A DNA stretch of 64,000 nucleotides from Antedon mediterranea (GCF_964355755.1 NC_092670.1:37870388-37934387), one strand, 5' to 3'; counted from the first letter of the stretch, positions 37,802-52,072 are shown. Numbers and translations: made by a program. Notes: generated from the sequence alone by a model not told the origin.

Positions 37802-38315
37802 CGCCGTGAGGTAATTTCCCGATTGATCGTAATCAAAACGGTACTGGGTTTGGTCTACTAGCGTTCCTGCTCCCAACCAGTACATCCATTCATAGAAGCC
37901 TTAATGAAGTAAGCCTACCTGGTGGTGGCCATAGAACGGTCCCGAGATAACGACTATACTTCGGCTTTAGTCGATAGAAGATTGAATAAATTGTTAGAGA
38001 TAGAGTATACGATGTTATGATTATGTGTAGATATGTGATTTGTTCTTTTTATTCCAATGATGTTATGTATTTAATAAATTTGTTATATCAATTAATTAAA
38101 TTATCGTAGATTGCATATTATGCGATGAATATTATTTAATACATTTTTGATATATTATTATTATTATATTAATAAAAAAGATATTCAAGCACCACCAGGT
38201 AGGCTTACTTCATTAAGGCTTCTATGAATGGATGTACTGGTTGGGAGCAGAAAATCTAGTAGACCATACCCAGTACCGTTTTGATTACGATCAATCGGGA
38301 ATTTACCTCACAACG
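37802..38315. mobile_element. Foldback element with ~120-bp inverted arms; internally deleted relative about 40496-40730
   Basis: About 37807-37927 is the near-perfect reverse complement of about 38190-38310, around an AT-rich spacer. Confidence 0.85.
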
Positions 38316-38650
38316 CATGGATGGATGTTAAAAGGAGCTAATAATGCTGAGGAGGTAGTGAGTGAGCCAATGAGTGAATACGGGCTTCCCCTTTTTATAC
38401 CTAATTCATTTTGTGTTCTAATTGTACAGAGCAATTTGAAATTGCACAATGAAATTCAAATTTTGCAAATTCAAAATGCACAAATTCACATTGCGCAATT
38501 AAATCCTTATGCAATTGGAAATTGTTCAAATTGTGCATAAAATCATCAAGTAGCTAGAAAATTGTCAAGTCGCATGCTCAGAAACATGCATTATACTTAT
38601 ACTACTATGCTTTGAAGTTGTATTTTGTGGGTTCTTTGTTAGTAGTAGTT

Positions 38651-41600
38651 ATGGATGCATCAGGAGCGTTTGGTACTAACTCTGGAAGCAAGTGTGAAAT
38701 TCTTGTAGAACATATGGATTATTCATATATTGAAAAATGTATGGATACAAAAGAACTTGAAAAAATCATCAAAAAACTAAAGTAAGTACTGTTAAGTAAC
38801 CCAGTTAAAAGCCCACCCTGGACTTTTCTCTTAAAGTCATGGACTAGCATGCATGCTCCATATTTTATTCTCATCTCCCGGCCTAAAATTGTGCTCCAAG
38901 TTTTCCTCATTTGCTCCCGGATTACAAAATAACTGAATTTTGATTAATATGTGTGGTTCCCTGCATTAAAATTATAACAAATTTACAATACTTAAGCCAT
39001 TGTACGACCATCTGCAGTCGTAATTTTTTTAATTTTTTCCCCATCACATAGCCACCATGCGATACCACTTATGACATCAAACACTGCACTCCTTACTTCT
39101 TATAGAGGGCAAGGTTGACCTAAAAAAAACCCATCTTCTGTTTTTCAGATGTTGTCATGTATTGGTTCGAGTCCCACCCAAAAAACAACTTGCTATATTA
39201 TTTTGTACAGAGTATTATAATTTTTAAATCATTATGAAATATTATATGTTTCTGTATAATTATTTGTTTTTAATTATGTTTAAGATCGGGAGAGGAAGGT
39301 TGTTATCCTCAACTTTTAACGTTTTGCAAAGAACGACTGGCCAAGCTCAAACCAAAAAGGTACATCATTTCAATTGCATTGGTTATGGTACATGATGTGC
39401 ATGATTTCCACAATAACAGTAATTTTAGCAAGAATCATTGTAAAGCACTTATAAACTAGTTGGACAAACAAAGTGTGTGATGTGCCCAAATATGGTAGTG
39501 ATACCCAAATATGGTAGTGATATGACATCATCATGTCCATATATTTCTATAGTTCACATTTTTTTGTCACAAAGTTTTATTGTGTAAACAAGAATTGCAT
39601 TAGAACACTGATATCCAATTGCTAGTATTTGGTAACTATAGTACACAAATAAGTAATGTTCATTTTTTTCATGAGATGAAAGTCAAATCGTTTTACATTC
39701 AATAAAAAACCTACCCTCTTCTGACGCCCTTTGGCACTCTGCAGGTGAGATTACCAACACAAAATTTACAAAAATCGTTGAAACGAAAGAAAATAATGCA
39801 TAGCGCAATAAACAAAATCAACCAATTAAAGTGTGTGTTTATAATAATTGTAAATGATTTTCATTTTCTGTTTTTAGCAAAGTATTGATTGAGGACAGTT
39901 TACCAGCTACAAAATATAACACCAGTAAAGGAGAGTGGGAGGATATACAGAAAGAGATGATTGTAAGAATTTCATGATTAATGTTTTTGTTGTGGTAGAT
40001 TCCCTTTAAGCGTGGTTCCCACTAGAACGAATCGCAGCGATGTATCAACGCAAAGTGCTGTATTGCATAATCACAGGTGGGAACCGACGGCGTAACAGTG
40101 CTGCAAACATCACTAAAGGGAAATCAAATCAGTTTGATTTCACCCAACAACTCAAGGTAAAAGAACACCGGAAAACATACCGTAGTACAGCGCGTACTCA
40201 AAAGTATGCAGGGTGAACCAGGTCAAAGTCTACGGCATGCTAACGTTGACGCTCAACAAGCAGGTTTGATTTCACACAGGCAGGGACAAATACAATTATT
40301 AGGGCATTTTGTTACATTGCGTGGGTTGCGTTGATACAAGTCCTGATAATTGCGGGTATAACTAAATACTGTAACTAGAAGCCCAATTTCTCCTGATTTT
40401 TTGGTTATGGAAAATAACATTACCAGTTAATTATAATAGCTATACTTCTATACCTAATTCGTTAGCCACGTGTCTTGTATACCCATTTTTTTCTGTCGTG
40501 AGGTAATTTCCCGCACAATAGAATGGTCCCGAGATAATATAATGACCAACAAATATTTTCAAATAAAGTCGAAGTATAATTGTTATCTCAGGACCATTCT
40601 ATAGTCACCACCAGGTAGGCTTGCTTCATCAACGCTTCTATGAATGGATGACTAGTTGGGAGCAGGAACGCTAGTAAACCAAACCCAGTACCGTTTTGAT
40701 TATGATCTTTCGGGAAATTGTCTCGCGATGGCAATGAGCATGTTTTATATTAATTACCCTCTAGTTTGATTATAATTTAACAAACAGTGCCCTCTCCAGA
40801 TATTTCATTTTTTCCAAGTTGCGACATTTGAAATCTTTTCAACATTATTTGTGATATTTGTTATTGAATTCAAAATCTGTTTTTTTTTCAGGATTTTGAA
40901 AAAATTGAAAGAGTTAATTCAGCAGTTGTAAATGATGGTATGTCGTCAGATCTCCCACCTATACGCAATAGTACTGTTATTTCAGCCGATGGTGAGAAAG
41001 CTAAGGTACATCTTCTTTAATCATATTTGTTTGTGGGGTATACTGAAAGCATTAGCGTTGCATGAATTGATACAAGAAATGGTAATTTAGGGAATGGAAG
41101 TGAGGAAAACAAATATATGATTATAAACATGATTTCATTCAATCTAAATTCAAGCTAAATTATATTTGTTGCCTTTCATCAACTAAGAACGAAGATTGGG
41201 GTAAGCCATCAAAAGACCACATCGCATCATCAAATTATAGGGCCTGGGATAAGTATGATGCTGAAGCAGCTGTTGACAAAGTTCAGGAAGAAAACGAAGC
41301 TGGGCCTAGCAAATTAACAGATAGTATAGTCAACATAGACCCAATGGTCGATACCAGTGGTAGGTATGCCTTTAAAATTAGTTTCAGAAGTAGTTTACTG
41401 TACTTCTGTGCTGTAAGTGCTTTAGTTGTTCAAATATTTTGAGTAATGTAGGCCTAGCTAAAATTAATTTGCAAATATTTTGAGAAGAATGAGAATGCAG
41501 ACTTGCATTCTGTTTGTCTAATTGTCTATACAAAATGGTTGTACTGTACTTCAATTTTTGTGGGGTTCACAATTGAGAAGTCTCAACCTTGACAGTATTA

Positions 41601-44600
41601 CTGACTGGCATCATAGATTATATATTTTGTACTATAACACACCTAAGTATTTTCTTGTCATTTGATTGGATGAGTTTGGGTCACATGATATTGAAATAAC
41701 TGCACAATAGCATGCTTCGTAATATATGGAGTACTGCAATAGCGCCGGGCAATTTGTTATAGTGATACGAACTAACTTTTGTGGAGAGCGGTGTGTACTA
41801 ATTAAAAGACCCATTGCACTCATAAAGATGTATTGTTTGTACACTATTTTTTTTGTATAGGAATGTCAGAAGAAGAGAAGATATTAAAAGCACAAAGAGA
41901 GAAAGACAAAGGAAACGAAGTAAAGCCTTGTCTACATTATCAAACTTTATGTGATGTGCCCATATATGGACATGATGATGTCATATCACTACTATATTTG
42001 GGCACATCACGCTTTTTTTTGTCAAACTATTTTCATAGTGTAGACAGAGCTTAAGAAGTGTATAGAATAGATAAACCTTAATACTTGCTTTGGTTTTGCC
42101 ACTAGGATGCAACTAAATGACCAATATATATATATAATGGTATAATGGATATAATATATCACTTGTGATTGGTCAAATTACGTGCAATTTACTTGCGTCC
42201 TTGCGCTGCTTCCTATTTGTGAACCAAATTTTATTGAACATTCATTAATACTGTTTATGGAAAAGCATTGAACAAAATACAATATCGTCATCTTTTTATA
42301 AATTCTAGTAATAAAATCAATTTCTTGAAATAAAAAATTTGGGAAATTCTAGAACTTTAAACTCTGTCTAGAAAGTGTGATGTGCCCAAATATGGGAGTG
42401 ATATGCCCAAATATGGTAGTGATATGCCAAAATATGGTAGTGATATGCCCAAATATGGTAGTGATATGACCAAATATTGTAGTGATATGACATGTTTATA
42501 TATGGGCATATCACATTTTTTGTAGCATAGACAGCATTAAATAATCTTGTTTTAAGAATATCTCTAGTTTTGTAGGTGTCCGGTTTGAGAGAAGTTATAC
42601 ATATACATATATACTGTATCAGTTTCTGGGATCTGCAGGATTTAATCTCAATTCACAACTGCCACTAGTATGGAACTACAGTAGCTTCCACTCCATATCT
42701 GTCAATGTAAATCTCTCAAGAAATTCAAGTCACTTCTAAAATCTCACCTTTTTCATAATAATTCTTGTTGGTCTTGTAAGACATCAGTAAATAGTGCTTT
42801 ATAAAAGTATATCATTATTATTTTCTCTACCTTGCAGGCATTTTATGCTAAGGATTTTCAAGAAGCATTGGCTTATTATAGTCGAAGCCTCTCTTTAAAA
42901 CCATCATTACCAGCTTATAACAATAGATCTCTTGTTTGTAAGTAGAATTGAATGCTTTGAAATTAAATATGGATGTTGATAGAGATGCATTTCTTTTACA
43001 GTGGGGCACATTTTTTATCATGACTAAACATAGGTAATATAACCTATGATTTTATTTTTTCTTAAATTTGGCGCTATAGCAAAAATGTTTTACCATATAC
43101 CCATCTACTGTTTTTTTATTTTCTGGGGAGTCACCTAATATTGTTGTACTAATACTACTGCTTTACTGGCATGCATGTACAGTAGCTGAGCGTTAAGCAG
43201 TGCACAGTGGTACCTTCTGTTTTCCCTTTTAAAGTCATTCACAATAAGTACAGTAATGTTTTTATTCATTTGTAATGTGTTTTTCACTAGGTATAAAACT
43301 ACAGAAATTTGGAGATGCTATAGAAGATTGCAATAAGGTTTTGGAATCGGAACCAGATAATGTCAAAGGTGAAGGAATATTTCAATTTTGTTGAAATAAA
43401 TAAAGAGTGTGGAGAGTATATAATAATATAATATAATAATATATAATGAGACAGTTATATAGTGCTATTTCGTAAAGATCAGAGCATTTTGAATGTTAGT
43501 TGATTATTAAAATTATCTAGACTCTGAACAGGAAATAGGCTAACCAAAGAAAACCTGTTAATGACAATAAAAAAAATAAAACAACGAAGATGATCACCGC
43601 ACTGTTCCCTGCAATTGAAGTCGCAAAGAGTAGAGCATGCATGGTAACATGAATTTAATTGCATTTGCAGCTTTGCTGAGACGGGCCACAGCAAAGAAGG
43701 GGCTTAAGAGCTACCATGCAGCTAAGCTAGATATTCAACAAACCCTGGCACTGGAGCCTGGCAATAAACAAGCAAAGGTAAGAGTTCTACTACTTGTAGT
43801 AGAGCTGTAGCTTGGTGGTTAACATGCTTGCCTTCCAATCCCAAGGTTCAGGGTTCAATCCTGACCAAGTGCCTAACTCACGACTCTTTCAACTCCACTT
43901 CCTAAGCCTCAAATGAGACTTAGTTTATAAACATGATAATAACAGTTTATCCATCCTGTAATTGGCGAGTTTGTGCTCGCTGTTGGATGCGTATGAATTA
44001 CATAAAAAAACTCAAAATAGAAACAGTGCTCATATTGTACAAGAATAAAATTGTAGGTTTAAACATGTTGCTTGCAGGGTTAGTATCATACCATTAGACC
44101 GCACTTTTGATGATACATTTTATGCCCTACTTTCAGAATATGCTTGCTGATATTGTAACAAATGAATCTAAAAATAAAACAAGAGAAAGCAAGGGTAAAC
44201 GAATAGAAATAAAAGAAGTGGAAGGCAGCGATAGTGATGATCCAGAGGATGCAATAGTAAATGAAAGCGAAAAGAAAATGGAAAATGATCAGCCTGATGG
44301 GAATGTGTTTAGTGCCAAGAAACGTGTACGCAATGGCGAGAAAAGCGACAAGCATAATATTATTGAAAATGAATTAATATCACCAGTATCAAATCATTCT
44401 GAAATGGAACGGAACCCTCTACTATCAGAGAACATGGTGCATACACCTGAAGAATCAAAGCCTACCTCTCATTCATCCCAAGCTGCAACCTTCAAGACTC
44501 CTTCATCCCAAGCTGCAACCTTCAAGACTCCTTCATCCCAAGCTGCAACCTCCCAGACTCCTTTATCCCAAGCTTCTTCATCCCAAGCTGAAACCTCCCA

Positions 44601-47600
44601 ATCTCCTACCTCTCTCCCTTCAGTACCGCCTCCCCTTCCTAGTAGTACCGTGTCTTATAAGGATGAAGCCTTCAAGTTATACAGCTCAGGGCAGTATGGT
44701 AAAGCATCAGAATTCTACACCAAGTCTATAAAATCACTATTGCCAGGTATGTAAAGCTAAAGGTTAATATGGTACTATTTCCCACTAGGCAAACAACATT
44801 TCTTATAAAGGTTTTATTTAAAATTTAATGTATTTTTCCTTAATATACATGGCCACTAAAATGTAGTCTACTTTAGTTATTCATGATTTTTGCATTATTT
44901 TTAAGATAATGGAGTTCACACATACTCCCTGGCAACATTATACAGTAACCGCGCCGCATGTAGTCACCATGTAGGAGACCTGAGACAGTGTATTCAAGAT
45001 TGTGATAGCGCCCTTCAACGAGCCCCATTACTTATTAAAGCTTACCTTCGGCGAGCCAAAGCGTATGAAACGTTGGAAAGGTAGTACTTGATAATTTCAA
45101 AAATTTTACTATTTTTTTATAATCAAAACTAACAATTCCATCATTCCAATAAACTAAATAGTATGTAAAATATCATATTCATGTTCCCTTTGTACGGGAA
45201 TTATTTATTTTAAGAGGGTAACTTTTCCACTTGGACATACAAATACCAGTTGATATTATTAATAATACTTGTGCTTATATAGCGGTTATTGCACAACGCT
45301 TCTAAGCGCTTCAAATTATTACCCCAGTCATTGGATCAAACACGTATGGAAACATACTCCCATAATGCAGCAGTAATCAGCGCAATTATGCTTGTACTCA
45401 TTTATACACCTGGGTGGATATAATAGGCAAACATAAGTCAAGTGTCTTTACTTAGCCTAAGGATACAAGCAATGCGGCGAGCATGGATTCAAACTATTCA
45501 CTCTTAAAATGCTAGTTGATATTCACAGGCAAAGTTCCAATGAAAAAATTCCTCTTAATTATGAGCTACAGTATGTCATTGGTGTATTTCAATATTCCAG
45601 CCTTGTTTTTATATTTTAGTAAATGCATTATTGTTATAATTCAGGTATGGAGATGCATATGTAGACTTTAGAAATGTTTTCCATATTGATCAAACCAACA
45701 AGACTGCTCTGGATGGATCTGCTAGGTATAGATATACTAATCATTTGTTCAAATTATATTCATTGATTTTGCCCATGTCAAACACTAAAAAAAAACATTT
45801 AAATGTAAATTTAAAAAAAAAGTAAATAACATATGCTTCTGCAAAAAATATCTCTCAAAACAGTGTTCACATATCCATATCCATTGACACATCGAGTTTA
45901 AAATAAAACAATTTTGCATAAATAAGAACTGTTGTATATCCATCAACCAAATTATGAAACAAACTTTCAAAAAAAAAAACAAAAAAAAACAAAACTTTCA
46001 AATGACACAAAAAAACAAACTATAAATATATGACACTTTCAACTTTTAAAAATTCAATCCAAAATATTACTGATTAATTATAATTTTTATCTTGAATTCA
46101 TTCCATTTTTTATATATACTATATGTTTTGTAGAAAGTTTACCTTTTTGTAAATGTGTGTGTAGTAATGTAAATTACTTTGTTAGTTGTCTTTGAATTAT
46201 TTTTATTATATTGTTAATGTTTCTCTACTGAACCACTTTGGAAAACAATACCTTAGCACTGAAAGTGTCATTCAGTATAAAGACAGAATAAATAAATTAA
46301 ATAAAATGCAGAGTCCTGCTCACATTGCCATTTATAAACTAAATTTCATGAAGATATATTTGAAGTTTCGCCAGCATAAGTGCATTCTACTTTGTTACTT
46401 GTTATTACATAAAGATTTATCTTTGAAAAAAAATTGAATTGAATTATCAGTGGAGATTGATTTCCCCCCAGGGGATTAAATTACGGAATAGCCATTTTCA
46501 TTAATTTGTGCTTAGGTGTATGACGGTTCTGAAAGAAAAGGATGGTTCAACTTGGAGAGAGAAGCTACCAAAGAGAACACAGGCGCCATCTTTGATTCCT
46601 CCTGTGCTCACCACTGTTGCAAAGAGTTCCTCGCCAGCTGTAACTACTTCCAGACCGGAGTCATCCGGCAGTGTCAAGATGTCAACCGGAATGGCCTATT
46701 CGGGTTCGCAGCAAGAGAATGCGACGAAAGTGGAAAAGAGGGAGGCTGTTAAAGGTGGAGAGAATGTGGAAAAAGTAACAAATAAAGCTAAGGAAAAAGA
46801 TGAGGAGAACCGACGAGTGGAGTTAGATGCCCAAGTTGAAAATAATGCCAACATGGCAGCGGAGGAAATCTTGAAAAGTATCACTGAACACGAGAGAAAG
46901 ATTAAAGCGGATAACAATACAGCATCTATTCAAAAGCAACACCAGACAGCAAAAGATAAAGGCAACATGCACTATAAAAAGGTACACATCTCTCAAGTTC
47001 TTCCATAGATATATTAAAGTACTAGAGTGATATGCAACAGGAGTGGAACGGTGCGTTCATTTAGAAGGCAATATAAAAACAAAAAGAAAAGTATCAAAAA
47101 TAACATTTAAAAGACAGCTTTAGAAAAATAATTGTTTCTTTTTAATATTATTTTTAATTACAAATTGCAGTACGTAAATGCAAGCCAGCCGTACATGACA
47201 CTGAAGTTTTTTTTTTATATATTACGTTAGGGTGAATACGACCAAGCAATAAAGTGTTACAGTGATTGTGTTGCGTTGGATAATACTCAAACCGTAGGAT
47301 ACACCAATAGAGCTTTGTGTCACCTCAAGATCAACCAGGTAGGACAATATTCAATATTATAGAGTATCACGGTGCTGACGTCATGACAGTGGGTGGCACT
47401 GCGTGGTTGCTAGCGCAACCAAAAATGCGTTCAACCTGCCTGAGTGACTCCAAGGTCATCAATGGTTTGGAATAGTCTTATTGAAGTAGTCATTTTAAAA
47501 CATAATAATTTTCAATAAAAACAAACTAAAATTTCAAACGATTACTAAATATTTGTTTTTAATAATCTATTCTTCAACTACAGTTTAAGTTAAACAAAAT

Positions 47601-50600
47601 CAAGCTAAGATACATAATTTGATAGAAATACAGATCTTTACAGTTTATCAACATAGTAGCGTTGAACGCATTTTTTGGTTGGCTAGCAACCATCCAGCGC
47701 TCTCTATCGTTGTGACGTCACACCGTGATACTCTATATAACACCTAAATAAATTCCTTTCGTTTGATTGAATTAGTATGTTTAAGATGTAAAATTTGATA
47801 ACAAAAAATTCATAATGTTTGTGCGTTTGCTGTCTAGCCTCTTCTTGCAGACCAAGATTGCTCTATCGCCCTCAAACTTGATCCAAATAACGTCAAAGCA
47901 TTCTACAGAAGAGCTCTGAGTAAAAAGGTAATTTATAAGGTCTTCCTACTAAAGAGGAATAATATTATTTATGTTCTGCACAAATTATTCTATATATAAA
48001 TATACATATTATAAAAAATCCATGTTTAGTGTATGTTTAAAACTTAGAAACTTATATTTATTCATATATGCAATATTGCTTTTTTTGGACAGATGTTGAA
48101 AGACTACAAGATGTCTTTAAAAGATCTCAACACTCTCCTTAAGATTGATGCAACAAATAAACCTGCTGTCAAAGAATTGGGTATTGTGAAAGAATTGTAT
48201 AGAAATGTAAGTTACAATACTAATCTTGCGTCTTAGTCTCCAATCTCATGTTTCACCTGCAAGTCTTGAAGTAAAGGGTCTAGTTAAGATTCACGTCGCA
48301 ATGCGCGTACATCATTAGTAGCTTCGTATTCACAAAGAACCACATTGTTATACACATATCGGGTAAAATGATACTGTAACATGTATTGTTAAAAGGAAAC
48401 ATTAAGATATTTTGGCATATCACTACCATATTTCAATTATTTTATGAATAAGCCTTGTAATACATTTCAGGAATTGCGTTGTAAGCAAATGGAATCTTCA
48501 AAAATACAATCAACGCCAACACCACCCGCAGCAGCTGTAGCAGCAGGAAAAAATGAAACTTCAAGCAAGAAGAAGAAAAATAACAGAAAGAAGATTCAAA
48601 TAAAAGAAGTTGATGGAAGTGAAGATGAAGAGGTATTTCAATAACTTTTAATGTTGGACCTGTTGTTTAGGGTCGCTATAATGTTGTTGATCTACGCAGG
48701 ACTAGCCACATTGATGCCAATTCAACCAATCACATTCTCGTGTTTACATAACATATTATATATTAACACCCTGCATGTTCACGGAATACGGGAAATATCT
48801 ACGTTCATGGTTCCATATTCCTAAGCAGGGTGCAACAAGCACGGTTTTATCTCTAACTACGCATACGCTCAATGATAAAAATACAATACATAAACAACGC
48901 GCGTAGAATCATCAAACAGGTAATACGGGATATATTACCCTTCTGATCCGCTTGACTGAGTAAATGGGCGTAATACGGAATTATATCTCATACATATATC
49001 AGATTACAGAATTTATGTACACTAAAAGATAAAATTACATAGTCAGTTGCATAATTTAGGTTTTGACAAAAGGCCAAATGTTACAAAATATTAAATAAAT
49101 CATGTTTCTATACAGAATGATTGTTAAATGCCCAAATATGGGTAGTGATATGACATCATGTCCATATATATGGGCACATCACATTTTGTGATTTTGTAAA
49201 ATGTGATAGTGTAGACAGAGCTTAAAATGAATAACTGTACAGTACCAAACATCACCTTAGTTGTTTGTTGAGACTCCATCACCGAAAAATTATAGTTTAT
49301 TGTTTGTCATGTCAAAATTGTTCTACTGCAGTTACTGCAGTAATTAATTTGTGTAATCTGTTTATGCAATTATTCAGCAAGCTATTTTGTTGATCATCAC
49401 AATGTGTATTGCAGTGACTACCTCTGTACATTTATAAAGCAAACTTTATTACCGTTAATTTTCTATGCAATAAAGGAATCTAAAATAGCTGATGCCAAAA
49501 AAACAGACACCACAAAAGAGGTACCAGATTCAAATATACAAGAGCAGCCTGTGGCTGACAATGCTGAAGAAAAAGTGGAAGAGAAAAAAACAAATGGACC
49601 AATGAAAAGTGAAGGGAAGAAAAAGAAAAAAAAGAAATCTGGTAAGGCTGCCAACAATCCAGCTCCGGAAGATTTGAAACCAGTTGAACTCAAAGCTGTG
49701 AGTATCACTGAATTATAATTAATTATTATGTGTAGTGTATATTTGTTTTTTTTTTACTGTACCGCCTCTTCTACCCTTAATCTCTGTCTACACTATCAAA
49801 CTAGTTCGACAAAAAAAGTGCGGTGTGCACAATGTGGTAGTGATATTCCCAAATATGGTAGTGATATGACATCATCATGTCCATATACGGGCACATCACA
49901 TTTTTGTTGTCACTAAAGTTTGATAGTGTAGACAGCTTTATACAACAACGAGAAGTGGATGGAAAGCTATAATTTTGGAAGAATTTCATCTGGTTGTAGA
50001 ATAGGTATTAAATAAAATTTCTTTTTAAACAACCAAAAATTAATGTAAACGAACTTACAGTACGTTGGGATTAACAACGCTAGACGATGAAACGCCAGTT
50101 GAGAATGAAACCTGATAGGTTTCGAAATGTCTACACTATCAATCTTTAATATGATGAGCCCTTGTATGGACATGGTATCACTACCATATTTGGGCATATC
50201 ACTACCATATTTGGGCACACCACACTTCACACATCAAAATAGTTTCCTCCAAGTCTCCTCTTGTTGAGTGTTACAAAGTTTACAAATAACATTTTTTATT
50301 CAGTGTTTTTTAATATCACTTTGTTGATTTGACAAATTGACAACATATATTTGTTTTTTTGCTGTTTCAGGGAACCCCGTTTGAATTTACTCAGAGTTGG
50401 GCTAGTATACACACCAGACCTGACAGTATTCAGTGTTTAGCCGATCTGCTTATGTTAGTGCAGCCAAGTAAACTCCCACAAAGTATGTAGAATCTGTAGG
50501 GAGATGATTTGTAATTTTATATTACCTTAAGCCCTGTCTACATTATCAAACTTTGGGACAAAATAATGTGTGCGCCCATATATGGACTTGATGATCAATA

Positions 50601-52072
50601 TCTCTACCATATTTGGGCACATCACACTTTTTTTGTCAAACTAGCTGGATAGTGTAGACAGAGCTATAGTAAAAAATCAACCTAGCAATTTTTTCCACAA
50701 ATGAAAGAAAATGAATATTGCTAAAGTTAAATTCTATGTTTGGTAATTCTCTGCCCTTTTTTCAATTTGTTTTTATTTGTTTTTATATATTTAGGCAAAT
50801 TGGCAAGGATAACCATAAGCGAATTCATTCACTATCCTTCTTAATGGTGGCAATCATTATTACTAAGTCTTGTAGAGTGTAATTGGTCATTAGAAAAAAT
50901 CCTGGCATATGACAGGACTTGAACCCAGGATCCTTGAATTGGTAGCCAAGCAACTCTATCATACTTTATTTCCCTTTATAAATAAATGTAGTACCACAAA
51001 CCTAAATTTTCTAGTGTTTTTTTGCCCTGTAAACCTTTAAACAATACTATATTTGCTAATCTACATATTCATATGTTCTTTTATATATTCTTATGCTAAT
51101 TTACATATTCATATACTAATCTACATATTCATATGCTCTTTTAGTTGTGAGTCATTCGTTGGATGGCGAACTATTCTTATGCTAATTTACATATTGATAT
51201 ACTAATCTACATATTCATATGCTCTTTTAGTTGTAAGTCATTCGTTGGATGGCGAACTATTGACAGCTCTTGTGGAATGCTTGAACAGTGTTATTATCAA
51301 AAAAGGTATGTTAAGCTCTGTCTACACTATCAAACTTTATGTGATGTGCCCATATAATGGACATGATGATGTCATATCACTACTATATTTGGGCATATCA
51401 CTACTATATTTGGGCACTACCATGGGCTCATCACACTATTATCATCAAACTAGTTTGATAGTGTAGAGCTTTAGCAGAATCTCACAACCTTGAGATTGTT
51501 TTATATTAAAATAATGAAGGGTAAGGCCAATCCATTAAAAAAGGAATGTGCTTCAGTTTTGGGGACGGATTATACATGGCACAACACCGCTATCCATTAA
51601 CTCTTGTAAAGGTTTACTGCAATAATTGTACATATTTGTCTTAATAGATGTTGATATGACGTTAAAAGTTCTTCAGTCGTTACCAAAGGTTCAACGCTTT
51701 ACCACAGTCATGATGTTCTTATCACCGTCAGATAAAACGGGTAAGTACTAAAGTCCTCTCTCTTAAAACCGTTGGTTCGGGTTTGTAAAATGTATTTTGA
51801 CATGTCAATTTCAGAGTGTATGACCGAATAGTACTATTACAGTAGTCCCACCTTCCTATAATACAACCCTGTAATTTATAAAGCACTTTATAAATCCAGG
51901 ATATTATTATTATTATTATTATTAACTCGTTCATATACTGTAATGAAGTTAAAACTATGTTTGTTTTACAGCACTACAACAAGTTTTTCACAGTCTTAGC
52001 ATGGCAGACTCCAACAAATTCTCTAAACGAGATGTTGAGCAATTAAAAAAAAAGCACTATACAGCAATATAG
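38651..52072 (+). CDS. SPAG1: Sperm-associated antigen 1 (TPR co-chaperone of the R2SP complex, axonemal dynein assembly)
   Basis: Exons 38651-38781, 39285-39359, 39878-39962, 40892-41005, 41188-41359, 41861-41919, 42838-42937, 43291-43368, 43671-43777, 44137-44746, 44906-45080, 45645-45725, 46516-46981, 47231-47338, 47838-47927, 48093-48206, 48471-48632, 49476-49697, 50371-50482, 51231-51305, 51648-51740, 51972-52072. N-terminus VEHMDYSYIEKCMDTKELEKIIKKLKSGEEGCYPQLLTFC matches SPAG1. Three TPR clusters (EKDKGNEAF..., LYSNRAAC..., KDKGNMHYKKGEY..YTNRALC) and an RPAP3_C-like end (TPFEFTQSW..LPKVQRFTTVMMFLS). Confidence 0.93.
44473..44610 (+). repeat. Coding 30-bp repeat in the SPAG1 linker (SSQAATFKTP)
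   Basis: TCATCCCAAGCTGCAACCTTCAAGACTCCT x2 plus 2-3 degenerate units. Confidence 0.85.
47358..47737. mobile_element. Sola-like non-autonomous transposon, inverted copy of 14423-14802
   Basis: Same TIR GAGTATCACGGT and TATA flanks; the internal sequence is the reverse complement of the 14.4-kb copy. Confidence 0.8.
51085..51261. repeat. 86-bp tandem duplication spanning a SPAG1 3' splice site
   Basis: GCTCTTTTAG|TTGT(G/A)AGTCATTCGTTGGATGGCGAACTATT occurs with AG at 51143-51144 and at 51229-51230. Confidence 0.9.

Noticed and set aside
38232-38540. 102-aa ORF upstream of SPAG1
   Set aside because: It starts in the right arm of the foldback element and has no recognisable domain.
38651-52072. 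Assignment as RPAP3 or TOMM34
   Set aside because: The N-terminal EHMDYSYIEKC..SGEEG motif and three TPR clusters plus RPAP3_C fit SPAG1. RPAP3 has two clusters and TOMM34 lacks the C-terminal domain.
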